Positions 38,451 through 48,424 of a stretch of DNA of 64,000 nucleotides are shown here, in pieces. Made by a program: the position numbers and the translations under genes. The notes below the pieces were generated by a model that was not told where the DNA came from, did not search any database, and was given only the letters and a program-made list of their open reading frames with translations. How positions within the stretch are numbered: position 1 is the first letter of the stretch; each line of letters starts with the position of its first letter. Origin of the DNA: Rickettsiales bacterium (GTDB taxonomy: Bacteria; Pseudomonadota; Alphaproteobacteria; Rickettsiales; JABCZZ01); assembly GCA_035765535.1 (NCBI GenBank), contig DASTXE010000005.1, positions 137,171 to 201,170 of the forward strand, written 5' to 3'.

Positions 38451-40766
38451 TTAGTTCCTGAGCGGTTTACCGGTGTTGAGCATATGCTCGATACGGTCCA
38501 GCGTGCCTTTGGTCTTGATGAGTTCCATGAAGGCCGTATGTTCCAGATCCAGCAATTGCTGCTCCGTGATCGTGTCCGTGATATCCGTATCGCCACCGGA
38601 GAGAATTCCCGCCAGCGCCTTGCAGACCACTACGTCATGCGGGGTTGCCTTGCCGGTGGCGACGAACTGTTCCAGTCCCATCAGCAGAGCGGCTTTTGCG
38701 GTTTCACCGGGCAGTGAGAGCGTGGGTGCTTCCGGCGGGGTGTAGTTATCCGCCATGAGCAGGCAGAGCTGCTTTGCATCCGGAATCAGGCGGGCACGGT
38801 TCATGGAAATCCTGCATTTCTGGTTCAGGATCTGCATATCCTTGGCTTCGTCCGCGGAACCGCCAACTTTCGCTGTGGCGATATATTCAAATACCTTGGC
38901 GATGGCGGGCATAGTATTGCCTTGCGCTCCCTGCAGATGGCGCACCAGCATTTCCTTACAGCCGCCCCAGCCCGGAATCACGCCGACGCCGACTTCGACC
39001 AGCCCAGGATAGCTTTCGATATGCGCCTGCACGGCCGCGCTATGAAGAATGATTTCACAACCGCCGCCGAGCGCCATGCCGCCGAGTGCTGAAACGACCG
39101 GGAAGGGAGCGTATTTGAGCGCCATAGTCGTACGCTGGCCCTGTTTGATCACATCGGAGATCAGCTGCCACGCTGCCATATTGGCGGCATAGAGAATGAA
39201 GCCGAGATTAGCGCCTACGGAGAAGTTATCGCCATCCCCGCCGATGACCAGGCCTTTATAGCCCTGTTTTACGGTTTCGATGGATTTCTCGATCATCGTC
39301 AAAATATCAGGATCAATCGAGTTCATCTTGGACGTGAATTCCAGGCAGAGAATGCCGTCCCCTATATCCCACAAGGAGGCCGAGCCGTTTTTGAGAATCG
39401 GTTTCGCACCGCGTTTCTTATCCGCCAGCGACCAGACGCCTTCCACCTGCGGAACAGGCGCATATTCGCCCTTCAGCGTCAGGTATTGCGGTTTATTATC
39501 TGCAATCCTGTAGAAGGTTTTACCGCTTGCTTCCGTGAGGAGCTTCGGCACAGGTACTTTTTCCGCTTCCAGCGCTTTAATAAGATTATCCACGCCAATC
39601 TTGTCGATCATCTCGAACGGACCGAATTTCCAGTTATAGCCCCATTTCATTGTGTTATCGACCGCGAGGATGTCGTCAGCGATTTCCGGCAGGAGTGATG
39701 CAGCGTAAGCCAACGTTTTACCCATGACAGCGCGTGCATACTGGCCGCCAAGGTCGCTATGCGTCATCAGACCCATGATGCCGGACTTGGCAGCGGCGAT
39801 GCTTTCCAGCGCTGGTTTCTTTTCAGGATGGTATTCGCCGGTTTTCAGATCGATCACTTCCTTGACCTTCTTACCGCCCTCCTTATTGATGCGATAAAAG
39901 CCGCCCTTGCCCTTACGACCAGTATAGCCGTTCTTGATCATATTCGTGATCAGCTCCGGCTCACGGTAGAGCGCGCGGAATATGTCTTTTTCCGGCAGTG
40001 TGGCCATCAGCGCCTTGGCCATCAATGGCATGAGGTCGAGGCCGATCAGGTCGAACAGGCCGAATATGCCTGTTTTAGGAATGCCCAGCGGCCTGCCCAT
40101 GATAGCATCCGCTTCTTCCACGGAAACGCCCAGGCGCATGGCTTCCAGCACGGCGACCATCACCCAGAAAATACCGATACGGTTAGCGATGAAGCCCGGA
40201 GTATCCTTGCAGTCAACAACGCCTTTGCCGAGCTTTATGTCGGCGAATTTCTTGATCTCCGCATAAGCCTCAGGACGCGTCTTCGGGCCCGGCACCATTT
40301 CAAGCAGACGCATGAAGCGCGGCGGGTTAAAGAAGTGCGTGATCATGAAATCCTGCTGGAAGGATTCCGGCATACCGGAAAGCAGTACATGCAGTGGGAT
40401 AGTAGATGTATTGGAGGAGACAACGGAACCTTTTTTACGTACGGCATCCACCTTGCGGTAGACATCCTGCTTCACCTCGATCTTTTCAAGCACGGCTTCG
40501 ATGATCCAATCGACATCTTTCAGCAAGTCAAGATTATCTTCAAGATTGCCCGGAGTAACCAGTTTCGCCTTGTTTTTATGCGTAAAACCGGAAGGGCTGG
40601 CAGCAAGCTGCTTCTCAACCGCCTTTTCCGTGAGCATATTGCGGCTGGTTGCGCCTTCGGGAACGATATCCAGCAGAATGACAGGAATGCCTGCGTTGGC
40701 GATGTGCGCGGCGATGCCGCTGCCCATGACGCCCGAACCCAGAACCGCTATTTTCGCAATGGTCAT
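38451..40766 (-). CDS. fused 3-hydroxyacyl-CoA dehydrogenase / enoyl-CoA hydratase family protein
   Basis: N-terminal Rossmann motif IAVLGSGVMGSGIA and a C-terminal crotonase-like region (GGGCEIILHSA). The ATG at 40766 is preferred because it has a GGAGA SD; the track start is 40778. Confidence 0.8.
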   Translation of the reverse strand: MTIAKIAVLGSGVMGSGIAAHIANAGIPVILLDIVPEGATSRNMLTEKAVEKQLAASPSGFTHKNKAKLVTPGNLEDNLDLLKDVDWIIEAVLEKIEVKQDVYRKVDAVRKKGSVVSSNTSTIPLHVLLSGMPESFQQDFMITHFFNPPRFMRLLEMVPGPKTRPEAYAEIKKFADIKLGKGVVDCKDTPGFIANRIGIFWVMVAVLEAMRLGVSVEEADAIMGRPLGIPKTGIFGLFDLIGLDLMPLMAKALMATLPEKDIFRALYREPELITNMIKNGYTGRKGKGGFYRINKEGGKKVKEVIDLKTGEYHPEKKPALESIAAAKSGIMGLMTHSDLGGQYARAVMGKTLAYAASLLPEIADDILAVDNTMKWGYNWKFGPFEMIDKIGVDNLIKALEAEKVPVPKLLTEASGKTFYRIADNKPQYLTLKGEYAPVPQVEGVWSLADKKRGAKPILKNGSASLWDIGDGILCLEFTSKMNSIDPDILTMIEKSIETVKQGYKGLVIGGDGDNFSVGANLGFILYAANMAAWQLISDVIKQGQRTTMALKYAPFPVVSALGGMALGGGCEIILHSAAVQAHIESYPGLVEVGVGVIPGWGGCKEMLVRHLQGAQGNTMPAIAKVFEYIATAKVGGSADEAKDMQILNQKCRISMNRARLIPDAKQLCLLMADNYTPPEAPTLSLPGETAKAALLMGLEQFVATGKATPHDVVVCKALAGILSGGDTDITDTITEQQLLDLEHTAFMELIKTKGTLDRIEHMLNTGKPLRN

Positions 40767-40993
40767 TGAAGTCTCCATCCGGTTAACAATATACGTACTA
40801 TAGCAGGCTTACGTTAACGTTTTGTAAATAAAATCGATAATTCCGCCTTTAAGAAAGAAAAATAACTATATTCAGGATAGTGTTTTAGCCTGTTGAAGCA
40901 AGCGCCAAAGCAGGTTATCTTGCGGTTACTATCATTCTGTTATGCGGCGTTGCCACAGAGCGACGCTTTCCGCCCTCATTGAAAGAATCCTCT

Positions 40994-42319
40994 ATGCGCT
41001 ATCTTACAGCGTTTGTTATTTCGTTATTGCTGCCGTTTCACGCCCTGGCCCAGCCGGAACAGTTGAAGCCGGTAAAGCATATTATTGTCATTTATCTTGA
41101 AAATCACAGTTTCGACAATCTTTTTGGCACGTTTCCCGGAGCGGATGGGATTGAGCAGGCCGGAGATAAGGCCCTTCAGACGGATGCGGACGGCAAGCCG
41201 TATGTTGTGCTGCCGCATGTAATGAATGGCAAAGAAGTTGACAAACGTTTTCCCAAAGATCTGCAGAACAAGCCTTTCCTGATCAGCCGCTATGTGCCCG
41301 AGAATCAGAAAACCGGCGATCTAGTGCATCGCTTCTATCAATTAATAGCGCAGATTAATGGCGGCAGAATGGACAGGTTCGCCAATATCAGCAATGCAGG
41401 CGGACTGGCTATGGGTTATTATGAAAACAAACACTCGCCTCTATGGAAATATGCGCGCGAATTCACATTAGCTGATCATTTCTTTACCGCAGGGTTCGGC
41501 GGCTCTTTCCTGAACCATGTAATGCTCATATGCGCGTGCGTGCCGCAATACGATAAAGCTCCCGCTTCCATTCGCGTAAAACTGGATGATAAAGGGAAGC
41601 TCATACATGATGGTGCGGTGACGCCGGATGGTTATGCGATTAACACAATCCAGCCCTTTTCCTGGCCTTATGACCGCAGGGTAGAAGATGAGCGCAGACG
41701 CCTCCCATTACAGAAAATGCCGACAATCGGCGAGAGGCTCAACGCTAAGCATATCGATTGGGCATGGTATAGCGGTGGCTGGAACGATGCGGTGGCTGGG
41801 AATCCGAGCAAGCTCTTTGAGTATCACCACCAGCCATTTACTTATTTCGCAGACTATGCACATGGCACCAAAGAACGGTGGTTGCATTTAAAGGATGAGG
41901 CAGATTTTATTCGCGCTATCGATACCGGTAAACTGCCGCCTGTGGCATTTTACAAGCCGGAAGGAGAATTCAACCTGCATCCGGGATATGCGGAATTGCA
42001 GACGGGAGAGAAACATATCTTCGACCTGATCGGCCGGATACAGCGCAGCAAGCTATGGAAAAACTCTCTCATTATTGTGACCTTTGATGATGCCGGTGGT
42101 TATTACGACCACGAACCGCCACCTGCAGGTGACCGTTTTGGGCCCGGCGAACGTGTTCCGACACTTATTATTTCGCCCTTTGCCAAACGTGGGTTTGTCG
42201 ATCATACGGTCTATAGCACGATTTCCATTTTAAAGCTGATTGAAGACAAATACGGCTTGAAACCATTGACGGAACGGGATGCAGCCGCTCCTGATATGCT
42301 GAACGCGCTTAAGCCGTAA
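40994..42319 (+). CDS. phosphoesterase-family protein (AcpA-type acid phosphatase / non-haemolytic phospholipase C family)
   Basis: Signal peptide, then HIIVIYLENHSFDNLFGTFPGADG and a C-terminal VTFDDAGGYYDH. Confidence 0.75.
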   Translation: MRYLTAFVISLLLPFHALAQPEQLKPVKHIIVIYLENHSFDNLFGTFPGADGIEQAGDKALQTDADGKPYVVLPHVMNGKEVDKRFPKDLQNKPFLISRYVPENQKTGDLVHRFYQLIAQINGGRMDRFANISNAGGLAMGYYENKHSPLWKYAREFTLADHFFTAGFGGSFLNHVMLICACVPQYDKAPASIRVKLDDKGKLIHDGAVTPDGYAINTIQPFSWPYDRRVEDERRRLPLQKMPTIGERLNAKHIDWAWYSGGWNDAVAGNPSKLFEYHHQPFTYFADYAHGTKERWLHLKDEADFIRAIDTGKLPPVAFYKPEGEFNLHPGYAELQTGEKHIFDLIGRIQRSKLWKNSLIIVTFDDAGGYYDHEPPPAGDRFGPGERVPTLIISPFAKRGFVDHTVYSTISILKLIEDKYGLKPLTERDAAAPDMLNALKP

Positions 42320-44246
42320 TATTGTTGGTATGGTGGGCGAGAATTTCGTCCAGCGGCTTGACCGGGAAATCATTCGTGGTCTGGAAGGCCAGCATGCCGC
42401 TGAATCCGGTTTGCACGGCCGCGCTGTTATAGATTTCCGTCATCTCCTGCTGTTCCTGAGCGGTGAACGGGTGGCGGCTGCGTATCATAAGATCGAAAAC
42501 CGTTCCCGCCTGTTTCATGCGCACGAGCCCATCCATCTGAATACCGCCGAATTCTGATAAGTCCACTTCCACGATGAAGCGCGTGTTGCCTGCGGCTCTG
42601 GCATCGTCAGACTGTTTTTTGTTCTGCCCGTCGCGTTTCACATAAATCCGTGCCTGCTGCACCTCACCCTGAAAGATAAAAGGCATGAAGGAGGCCTGCC
42701 AGGCCGGTTGCTGCTGGCTTTCAGGTTTGGGGGTGAAAACACTTAGCAGGTTCGTCATTTCGGCCGAGAATTTTTGTATCAGATCCGTCCGGCCATTCTG
42801 TTTGAGCGTGTTAACCGTGTCGTCTCCCAGAATTTTGGCTATGTTACCGCTGGCAAGTGCCGTCATGAATGCAAGGCTTGTGGCTGCAAAGTTTTCGCCC
42901 AGCACCGGCAGATTAGAAATAATGTTATTTGCAGGCGTTTGTGCTGCCGGAGTTGTACCTGCCTGTGGTGCATTACCTATGTCGGATGTCGTACCCGTAA
43001 TAACATTTACGATCTCCTTTATTGTATTCCATGTGGCTGCAATCTCTCCCAGCGATGCCGGTGGGGCAGGCGTATTCTGTACAGTACTTGTCAGAATGTT
43101 CTGCGTTGTGTTTTCCGGTATATCCAAGAGTATTGCAGTGCCCGGAGCAAGCGTGGCCGATGCAGGAAGTGCCTGAGGCTGCAAGGTTATCGTGCCTGCT
43201 TCTGTCTGCACAGTGATGCTGCCGTCTTCGGCGGAAGAGACGATCTGCCCCTGCACGCTGGAAGTTTTGATGGAAGGCGTCGCAACGGCCACCTGAGTTG
43301 TGACATTGGGAGTGTTTTGCAGCTCTGCACTCACGACATTCACATTTTGTTTTGCATAGGCTGCATAGAACGGGCTTGCAGAAGTCTGCGGTGTATTTGT
43401 AATGCCTTCGGGTAGTTGCGGCGCGGCAACTGCTTCCTGCTGCTGGGCCGGTGCGGGAGTCGTTTCCTGCACACTGGGGGAAAGCTTTGTTGCATTTGCT
43501 ACCGTAGATGACGGGGTTGCAGCCGCAGCGACATTTGTCGTGACGGCAGCTGCCTGCGACTGTGCTGTAGCTGCGCTGGCCTGGGGCGCTGCTACGGGGG
43601 TCTCGGAAACGGGAAGCTGAATACTCTGCTGTTGAGGTGCTGGGGCAGGGGGCTGCGGCGTATTACCCTCCTCCTGCAAAGGCACCTGATCGGGTTGCAC
43701 TGTTACTATCGGAGCCTGCACTTGCGCAGGAGTGACCGGCAGATGGATGGTGACCGTGGTTCCGGGGGCAGGCAGAGGCGTCTGATTGGCGGTCTGGGGT
43801 TGCGGAGGGGCTGCGTTATCAGGCGTTGCAGCCAGTACGTCCGCCCTGACGACTACCGGAAGCGATGCCGATTGCGGGTCTTGCGCAGCACTGGTAGAGC
43901 CGGAGGATTGGGCAAGCAATGCAGTGCTGACGCTGTCGGCTTCCGGTGGCAGGCTTTGTGAGAATTCTGAAAATGGCTGACCATTGACAGAAACAATGCG
44001 GGCGTTTGTTCCTTGTGCATTCTGATCGACCTTAATAATAAGATCGCTGTTATAAGTAAGTGGCAAATTGCTTTGCAGGGTCAGATTGCCGCCCTGGGTT
44101 TTCAGGAGAAAATTACCGTTCGGATCCCTGCCGACGATCGTGCCTGAGATGGTCGACGATGTTTCGGGCGTGCTATGTGTCTGCGGTGTGATAGCGGAAA
44201 CCGCGGTGCTTTGGGAAACCGGGCCCACCGTATTATCTGCTACCAT
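42309..44246 (-). CDS. Pro/Gln/Ala/Thr-rich protein with a FliK-like (hook-length control) C-terminal domain
   Basis: 645 aa with a long low-complexity centre. The C-terminal TRFIVEVDLSEFGGIQMDGLVRMKQAGTVFDLMIRSRHPFTAQEQQEMTEIYNSAAVQTGF resembles the Flg_hook pattern (L.L.P..LG.V.V...). Confidence 0.4.
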   Translation of the reverse strand: MVADNTVGPVSQSTAVSAITPQTHSTPETSSTISGTIVGRDPNGNFLLKTQGGNLTLQSNLPLTYNSDLIIKVDQNAQGTNARIVSVNGQPFSEFSQSLPPEADSVSTALLAQSSGSTSAAQDPQSASLPVVVRADVLAATPDNAAPPQPQTANQTPLPAPGTTVTIHLPVTPAQVQAPIVTVQPDQVPLQEEGNTPQPPAPAPQQQSIQLPVSETPVAAPQASAATAQSQAAAVTTNVAAAATPSSTVANATKLSPSVQETTPAPAQQQEAVAAPQLPEGITNTPQTSASPFYAAYAKQNVNVVSAELQNTPNVTTQVAVATPSIKTSSVQGQIVSSAEDGSITVQTEAGTITLQPQALPASATLAPGTAILLDIPENTTQNILTSTVQNTPAPPASLGEIAATWNTIKEIVNVITGTTSDIGNAPQAGTTPAAQTPANNIISNLPVLGENFAATSLAFMTALASGNIAKILGDDTVNTLKQNGRTDLIQKFSAEMTNLLSVFTPKPESQQQPAWQASFMPFIFQGEVQQARIYVKRDGQNKKQSDDARAAGNTRFIVEVDLSEFGGIQMDGLVRMKQAGTVFDLMIRSRHPFTAQEQQEMTEIYNSAAVQTGFSGMLAFQTTNDFPVKPLDEILAHHTNNITA

Positions 44247-44258
44247 AAAAAGAAACCC

Positions 44259-45212
44259 TTATGCTCGTCGCCGGACGAGATATTTGCGCTTGATTTGTAC
44301 CGCTGCCGCACCTGTTCCCAAGAAAGCGACGCCCATAATCACGAGCGCCAGCGGCCAGCCAATGGAATTGACGAAATATTCTGTCGTATAATATCCGATA
44401 AATCCAATCAGCGCCAGCACGCTCGTCACCAGTAATGCCCGGCTTTCCACGATCGTGCAGACATACAGCATGGCAATCGCCACGGCGGGATAGAGCAACT
44501 CAACACTGGTGTGATACACCAGATCGAACAGGCTCGCATAGAACATACATGCGCCGATAAAATAGCCGTAGCTTGATAAAGGACGATGTATTGTGCGCGC
44601 AATGACATAAGACTGGTATATCATGCATATGCCGAGGGCGAGAAAGATATCCTGATCCTTGAGACCCAGCCAGTCCAGCCATTCTGCAGAAAATCCATAG
44701 GCGAAGAAAAGAGCGGTAAAGGCCAGGGAGGTTTTGCGAAAAGCGGCAAACATCAGGGCCTGCTGCACTCCCATGATTCCGTAGACAGCCAAGACCGCTT
44801 TTGTGATCTCACCTGTATGGGGAAACAATTCATAGATTGTTACAAACCATCCTGTTGTTTCAATTGCTGCAGCAATGATTATCAGCGGACCGATGAGCCT
44901 TGGATATTTATTCTCCTTCATGGCAATGGCGGCTAGCATGCTGAGGCCGATGCCTGTTCCCAATGATACGAAAATGCGCATGAAGGAGCTCATGTCCTTC
45001 CAGAACATTTCGGTATAAACGAAAAGCCCCGAAAGGATAAAAATAGCTCCAAGCGAGGTGAATACACGCATGGCAATATCGGAAGGGGTTTTATGACGCG
45101 TTTCGCTTTCGCTGAGTTTCCGTTCAATATCGCCCAGTGTAATACCGTGCTCCCGCATGGTATTGATAATCTGGTTTAGCTGAGCTTCATTATTCTGCAT
45201 GTGATACCGCAC
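44259..45212 (-). CDS. polytopic membrane protein of unknown function
   Basis: Soluble N-terminal helix followed by about 8-9 TM segments and an RKYLVRRRA tail. It may start at 45200 (MQNNE). Confidence 0.65.
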   Translation of the reverse strand: MRYHMQNNEAQLNQIINTMREHGITLGDIERKLSESETRHKTPSDIAMRVFTSLGAIFILSGLFVYTEMFWKDMSSFMRIFVSLGTGIGLSMLAAIAMKENKYPRLIGPLIIIAAAIETTGWFVTIYELFPHTGEITKAVLAVYGIMGVQQALMFAAFRKTSLAFTALFFAYGFSAEWLDWLGLKDQDIFLALGICMIYQSYVIARTIHRPLSSYGYFIGACMFYASLFDLVYHTSVELLYPAVAIAMLYVCTIVESRALLVTSVLALIGFIGYYTTEYFVNSIGWPLALVIMGVAFLGTGAAAVQIKRKYLVRRRA

Positions 45213-45804
45213 TGCTTATGGGAATAACCCAACCGATTAATTTGACGGCACCGTAGCTGCCGGTGGTCTGCGGCAGCCGCACTGTACGGCTTCCCTTACG
45301 TAATACCGGTTCGCTGTAGTAGCTGCGTGTGAAGAAAATTTCCGTCATTACACCGCCGCTTGATCCATATTGCCCGCTTTGAAAAGCATAGCCATCCGGT
45401 GAGATGTCCGATGCATCCACATCAAGATTTTCTAATTCGGGAATCGAAATATCAACAGGGGACTGCGGTTTGTTGCAGTCTGCCGTCTGGACTCCGCGCG
45501 GAGGCTGGGGAGTATTGGTTTTGAGTTCGTGCGCATTGCCTGTAGCGGGATTAAAAAGATATATTTTGGTGAGGTCGCCATAACAGCTTGGGATATAGCT
45601 CGCTTTGGCTTTCCGGTTTTCAACATTCACGATTACGCCGCGATCCTTGCCGGGATAGTAATCCGTAGCGTAAAGCACGGCGTATTTCGGCGGAGCTTCC
45701 AGAAGGTTCGGCACCATTGCTGCAATCGAAAGAATGATCACTACCAGCAGGGGAAGCGCGATGCCAAAAGCGATGGTGGGATTTTCCTTCAGTGATTTCA
45801 GCAT
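45190..45804 (-). CDS. N-terminally membrane-anchored protein of unknown function
   Basis: The single TM segment PTIAFGIALPLLVVIILSIAAMV is followed by a roughly 170-aa extracytoplasmic part. Confidence 0.6.
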   Translation of the reverse strand: MLKSLKENPTIAFGIALPLLVVIILSIAAMVPNLLEAPPKYAVLYATDYYPGKDRGVIVNVENRKAKASYIPSCYGDLTKIYLFNPATGNAHELKTNTPQPPRGVQTADCNKPQSPVDISIPELENLDVDASDISPDGYAFQSGQYGSSGGVMTEIFFTRSYYSEPVLRKGSRTVRLPQTTGSYGAVKLIGWVIPISSAVSHAE

Positions 45805-45814
45805 GTCCGTCTCA

Positions 45815-46339
45815 CTATTGATATTTTTCGACCATTTTGAACAGATTATCCAGCAGTTCCTGTCCTACTACGCCGCCATCTCCCATGATATTCTTTGCAA
45901 ATATAACCGACAGCGTGTCGATATGTTTGCGTATCACGACGAGCTGCTCCGCATTCGGTTTTCCATGCAGCAGGCAGAAGCTGCTTAAAGACTTGGCAAC
46001 CAGCGTGGCCAGATCGAACCCGAAGGTTCCGGCCTGAGACTGGATGCGGGCTGCAATCTGTTCCAGATGGCTGACATCTTCTTCACATTCCGGGGCTTTG
46101 GCCATGGCATCTTCAAAATGCTTGTTCATGGTGGCAGTATCTGTTAACGCCCATTCAAGGAAACTCTCCTTGTGCTTTTCAATAGTCGCCTGCGCTTTGG
46201 TGATGTTTTCTTCGCTGAATATCTTTTTCAGGTCTACATCTTCGCCAATAGCTTTCTTAAGGCTATAGTCGGGAGGGAAAAACTTAGTGTCTTCCGTGGC
46301 ACCTGTTTGCACTTTTGCTTCGTTTTCATTTTCAGTCAT
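45815..46339 (-). CDS. CheA-P1/Hpt-like protein lacking the canonical phospho-accepting His
   Basis: IAARIQSQAGTFGFDLATLV aligns with the CheA P1 helix AAHSIKGGAGTFGF. The His position is Ala here, and the nearest His is 6 residues upstream. Confidence 0.5.
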   Translation of the reverse strand: MTENENEAKVQTGATEDTKFFPPDYSLKKAIGEDVDLKKIFSEENITKAQATIEKHKESFLEWALTDTATMNKHFEDAMAKAPECEEDVSHLEQIAARIQSQAGTFGFDLATLVAKSLSSFCLLHGKPNAEQLVVIRKHIDTLSVIFAKNIMGDGGVVGQELLDNLFKMVEKYQ

Positions 46340-46354
46340 AATGCCAGCATTCCG

Positions 46355-46876
46355 TTATCTGTGCCGTTTTTCGGTTTTGTCGGGCGGTAGAATATGGCGT
46401 CTTCTTCTATCCGGGCCGACGAAGTTCTGATTCATGACGAATCCGCGTGGATTGTCGATCAGCAGAATAATACGGTCGCACAGCGTCTTGGCGCTGAACG
46501 GTTTGACGACAAATTCCGTTACCCCTACGTCGCGCGCAATTTCAACATGCTCTTTACCGACATAGCCTGTCAGCATGATGATGGGAAGAAAGCGGTTGGG
46601 TGAGTCTTTGTCGTGACGCAGGTATTTAACAAGACTGATCCCGTCCATCGGCGTCATGCGCCAGTCCGTGATCAGCATGTCAATCTTTTCAGTCTTCATA
46701 ACTTTGATGGCTTCGGTGCCGTCATGCACGATGTGGATTGCGCTGAATCCAAGGCTTTCCATTACTTCCCGCACGATGGCGGCTATACGGCGATCACCGT
46801 CCGCAATCAGCACACCGACCTGCGCTAAATTACCGAAAGCTTTTTTCAATGAGGTTTTTTTACTTAATGCTTTCAT
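46355..46876 (-). CDS. single-domain response regulator (CheY-like receiver) with an Arg-rich C-terminal tail
   Basis: ADGD acidic pocket, phospho-Asp context MLITDWRMTPMDG, IIMLTG, VVKPF, and the tail GPDRRRRHILPP. Confidence 0.85.
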   Translation of the reverse strand: MKALSKKTSLKKAFGNLAQVGVLIADGDRRIAAIVREVMESLGFSAIHIVHDGTEAIKVMKTEKIDMLITDWRMTPMDGISLVKYLRHDKDSPNRFLPIIMLTGYVGKEHVEIARDVGVTEFVVKPFSAKTLCDRIILLIDNPRGFVMNQNFVGPDRRRRHILPPDKTEKRHR

Positions 46877-46951
46877 TTCACACCATTTTATTCATATACT
46901 CGCTCCATAGCAAGTCTAACCGTGCCTGCAGGACCAAGAACGTATTTTTGC

Positions 46952-47425
46952 ATGATATTATATACATTTAACGCTTTGTCTATTGAAGAAATGCAACTGC
47001 TTGCGCAGAATATCGCCGGAAAGTTGCATTTAGGTGACATAGTGACGCTGAGCGGAGAAGTAGGGGCGGGGAAGACCAGTTTCGCTCGCGCGCTCATCCA
47101 AAGTCTGACTCGCCCGGACATGGAAGTTGCCAGCCCTACTTTCACGCTTATGCAGTCCTATGACGCAAGACTCGCGGATGGAGCAACGGCCACGTTATGG
47201 CATCTGGATCTCTACAGACTCAAAGCAGAAGAAGAGCTGGAAGAATTGGGGCTGGAGGAGTTATGGCCCCTGCTTACGCTGATCGAATGGCCGAAGATCG
47301 CCGAGCACCGAATTCCGGCGCGGCGGCTTGATATTTCCTTTGATTTTGGGGACAAACGTGATACGCGAAAACTCACCCTTTCGGGCGATGCAATATGGAG
47401 CGAGCGGTTAAAGGATTTGCTATGA
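46952..47425 (+). CDS. tsaE: tRNA t6A37 biosynthesis ATPase TsaE
   Basis: LSGEVGAGKTSFARALI P-loop and HLDLYRL. Confidence 0.85.
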   Translation: MILYTFNALSIEEMQLLAQNIAGKLHLGDIVTLSGEVGAGKTSFARALIQSLTRPDMEVASPTFTLMQSYDARLADGATATLWHLDLYRLKAEEELEELGLEELWPLLTLIEWPKIAEHRIPARRLDISFDFGDKRDTRKLTLSGDAIWSERLKDLL

Positions 47426-48420
47426 ACAGGACGGATGCGATCGATCAATTTCTGGCCGCCAGCGGATGGGGAGGTGCCAGGCGCACAATGCTGGCGGGCG
47501 ATGCTTCGTTCCGTAAATATGAGCGTGTGTTTCTTGGCGAAAAAAGTGCCGTTTTGATGGATGCTCCGCCTGATAAGGAAGATATACGTCCTTTCATGAA
47601 AGCTGCGGAATATCTGACGCAGACGGGACTCAGCGCGCCGCAGATTCTTGCCTCTGATGAGGCACATGGTTTCCTGCTGCTGGAAGACCTTGGAGACGAT
47701 CTGTTTGCCAGAGTCATGGAAAAGCATCCTGAAACCGAGCGGGAACTCTATCTTGCGGCAACCGAGGTGCTGGTTACGCTTTATAAGGATGCTAAAGCTG
47801 GCGGCGTTAACCCTTTTGAGCCGTTCAGCATTGAAAAAATGCTGCAGCAGGTTGCTTTGCTGCCGGAATGGTTCATGCCGTTTGTTTCCGGAGCTTCCTG
47901 CCCTGAGGAAATCAAGCAGGAATATCTGGATATCTGGCGCCGCACCCTTGCCAAATTGCCAGCACTTCAGCAGGTCACGGTCATTTACGATTACCACGCA
48001 GAAAACTTGCTATGGCTTCCCGGCCGTGAAGGGGTTGCAAAAGCAGGATTGCTGGATTTCCAGGACGCTATGCTTGGCTCCCCCGCTTATGATCTGGTTT
48101 CCATTCTGGAAGATGTGCGCCGTGACATCACGTCAGATACAGTGCAGCATGCGCTGGATTATTACCTGGAGAAAACCGGAATCGCGCGAGAGGAATTCAT
48201 GGCAGCCTATCACATGATGGGAGCGCAGCGAAATTGCCGCATTGCGGGTACGTTCGCGCGTTTATATGTGCGCGACCACAAGCCCCGTTACCTTACTTTC
48301 ATGCCGCGCGTGTGGCGTCTTATTGAAAAAGACGTATCGCATCCGCTTATGGCGGAAGTGCGACAATGGCTGGATACACATATCAAGCGGGAATGGCGTC
48401 AGTTAAGAGTGGCTGCCTGA
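47422..48420 (+). CDS. aminoglycoside-phosphotransferase-fold kinase, AmgK-like (anomeric MurNAc/GlcNAc kinase family)
   Basis: GDASFRKYERV, the catalytic-loop-like DYHAENLLW and DFQDA. There is an ATGA start/stop overlap with tsaE. Confidence 0.6.
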   Translation: MNRTDAIDQFLAASGWGGARRTMLAGDASFRKYERVFLGEKSAVLMDAPPDKEDIRPFMKAAEYLTQTGLSAPQILASDEAHGFLLLEDLGDDLFARVMEKHPETERELYLAATEVLVTLYKDAKAGGVNPFEPFSIEKMLQQVALLPEWFMPFVSGASCPEEIKQEYLDIWRRTLAKLPALQQVTVIYDYHAENLLWLPGREGVAKAGLLDFQDAMLGSPAYDLVSILEDVRRDITSDTVQHALDYYLEKTGIAREEFMAAYHMMGAQRNCRIAGTFARLYVRDHKPRYLTFMPRVWRLIEKDVSHPLMAEVRQWLDTHIKREWRQLRVAA

Positions 48421-48424
48421 TCTA

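Noticed and set aside
40782-40818. Two GTTAAC hexamers 25 nt apart in the divergent fad/acpA intergenic region, as a possible TetR/FadR-type operator
   Set aside because: The hexamers are short self-palindromes with a high chance expectation in AT-rich DNA. No extended dyad symmetry surrounds them.
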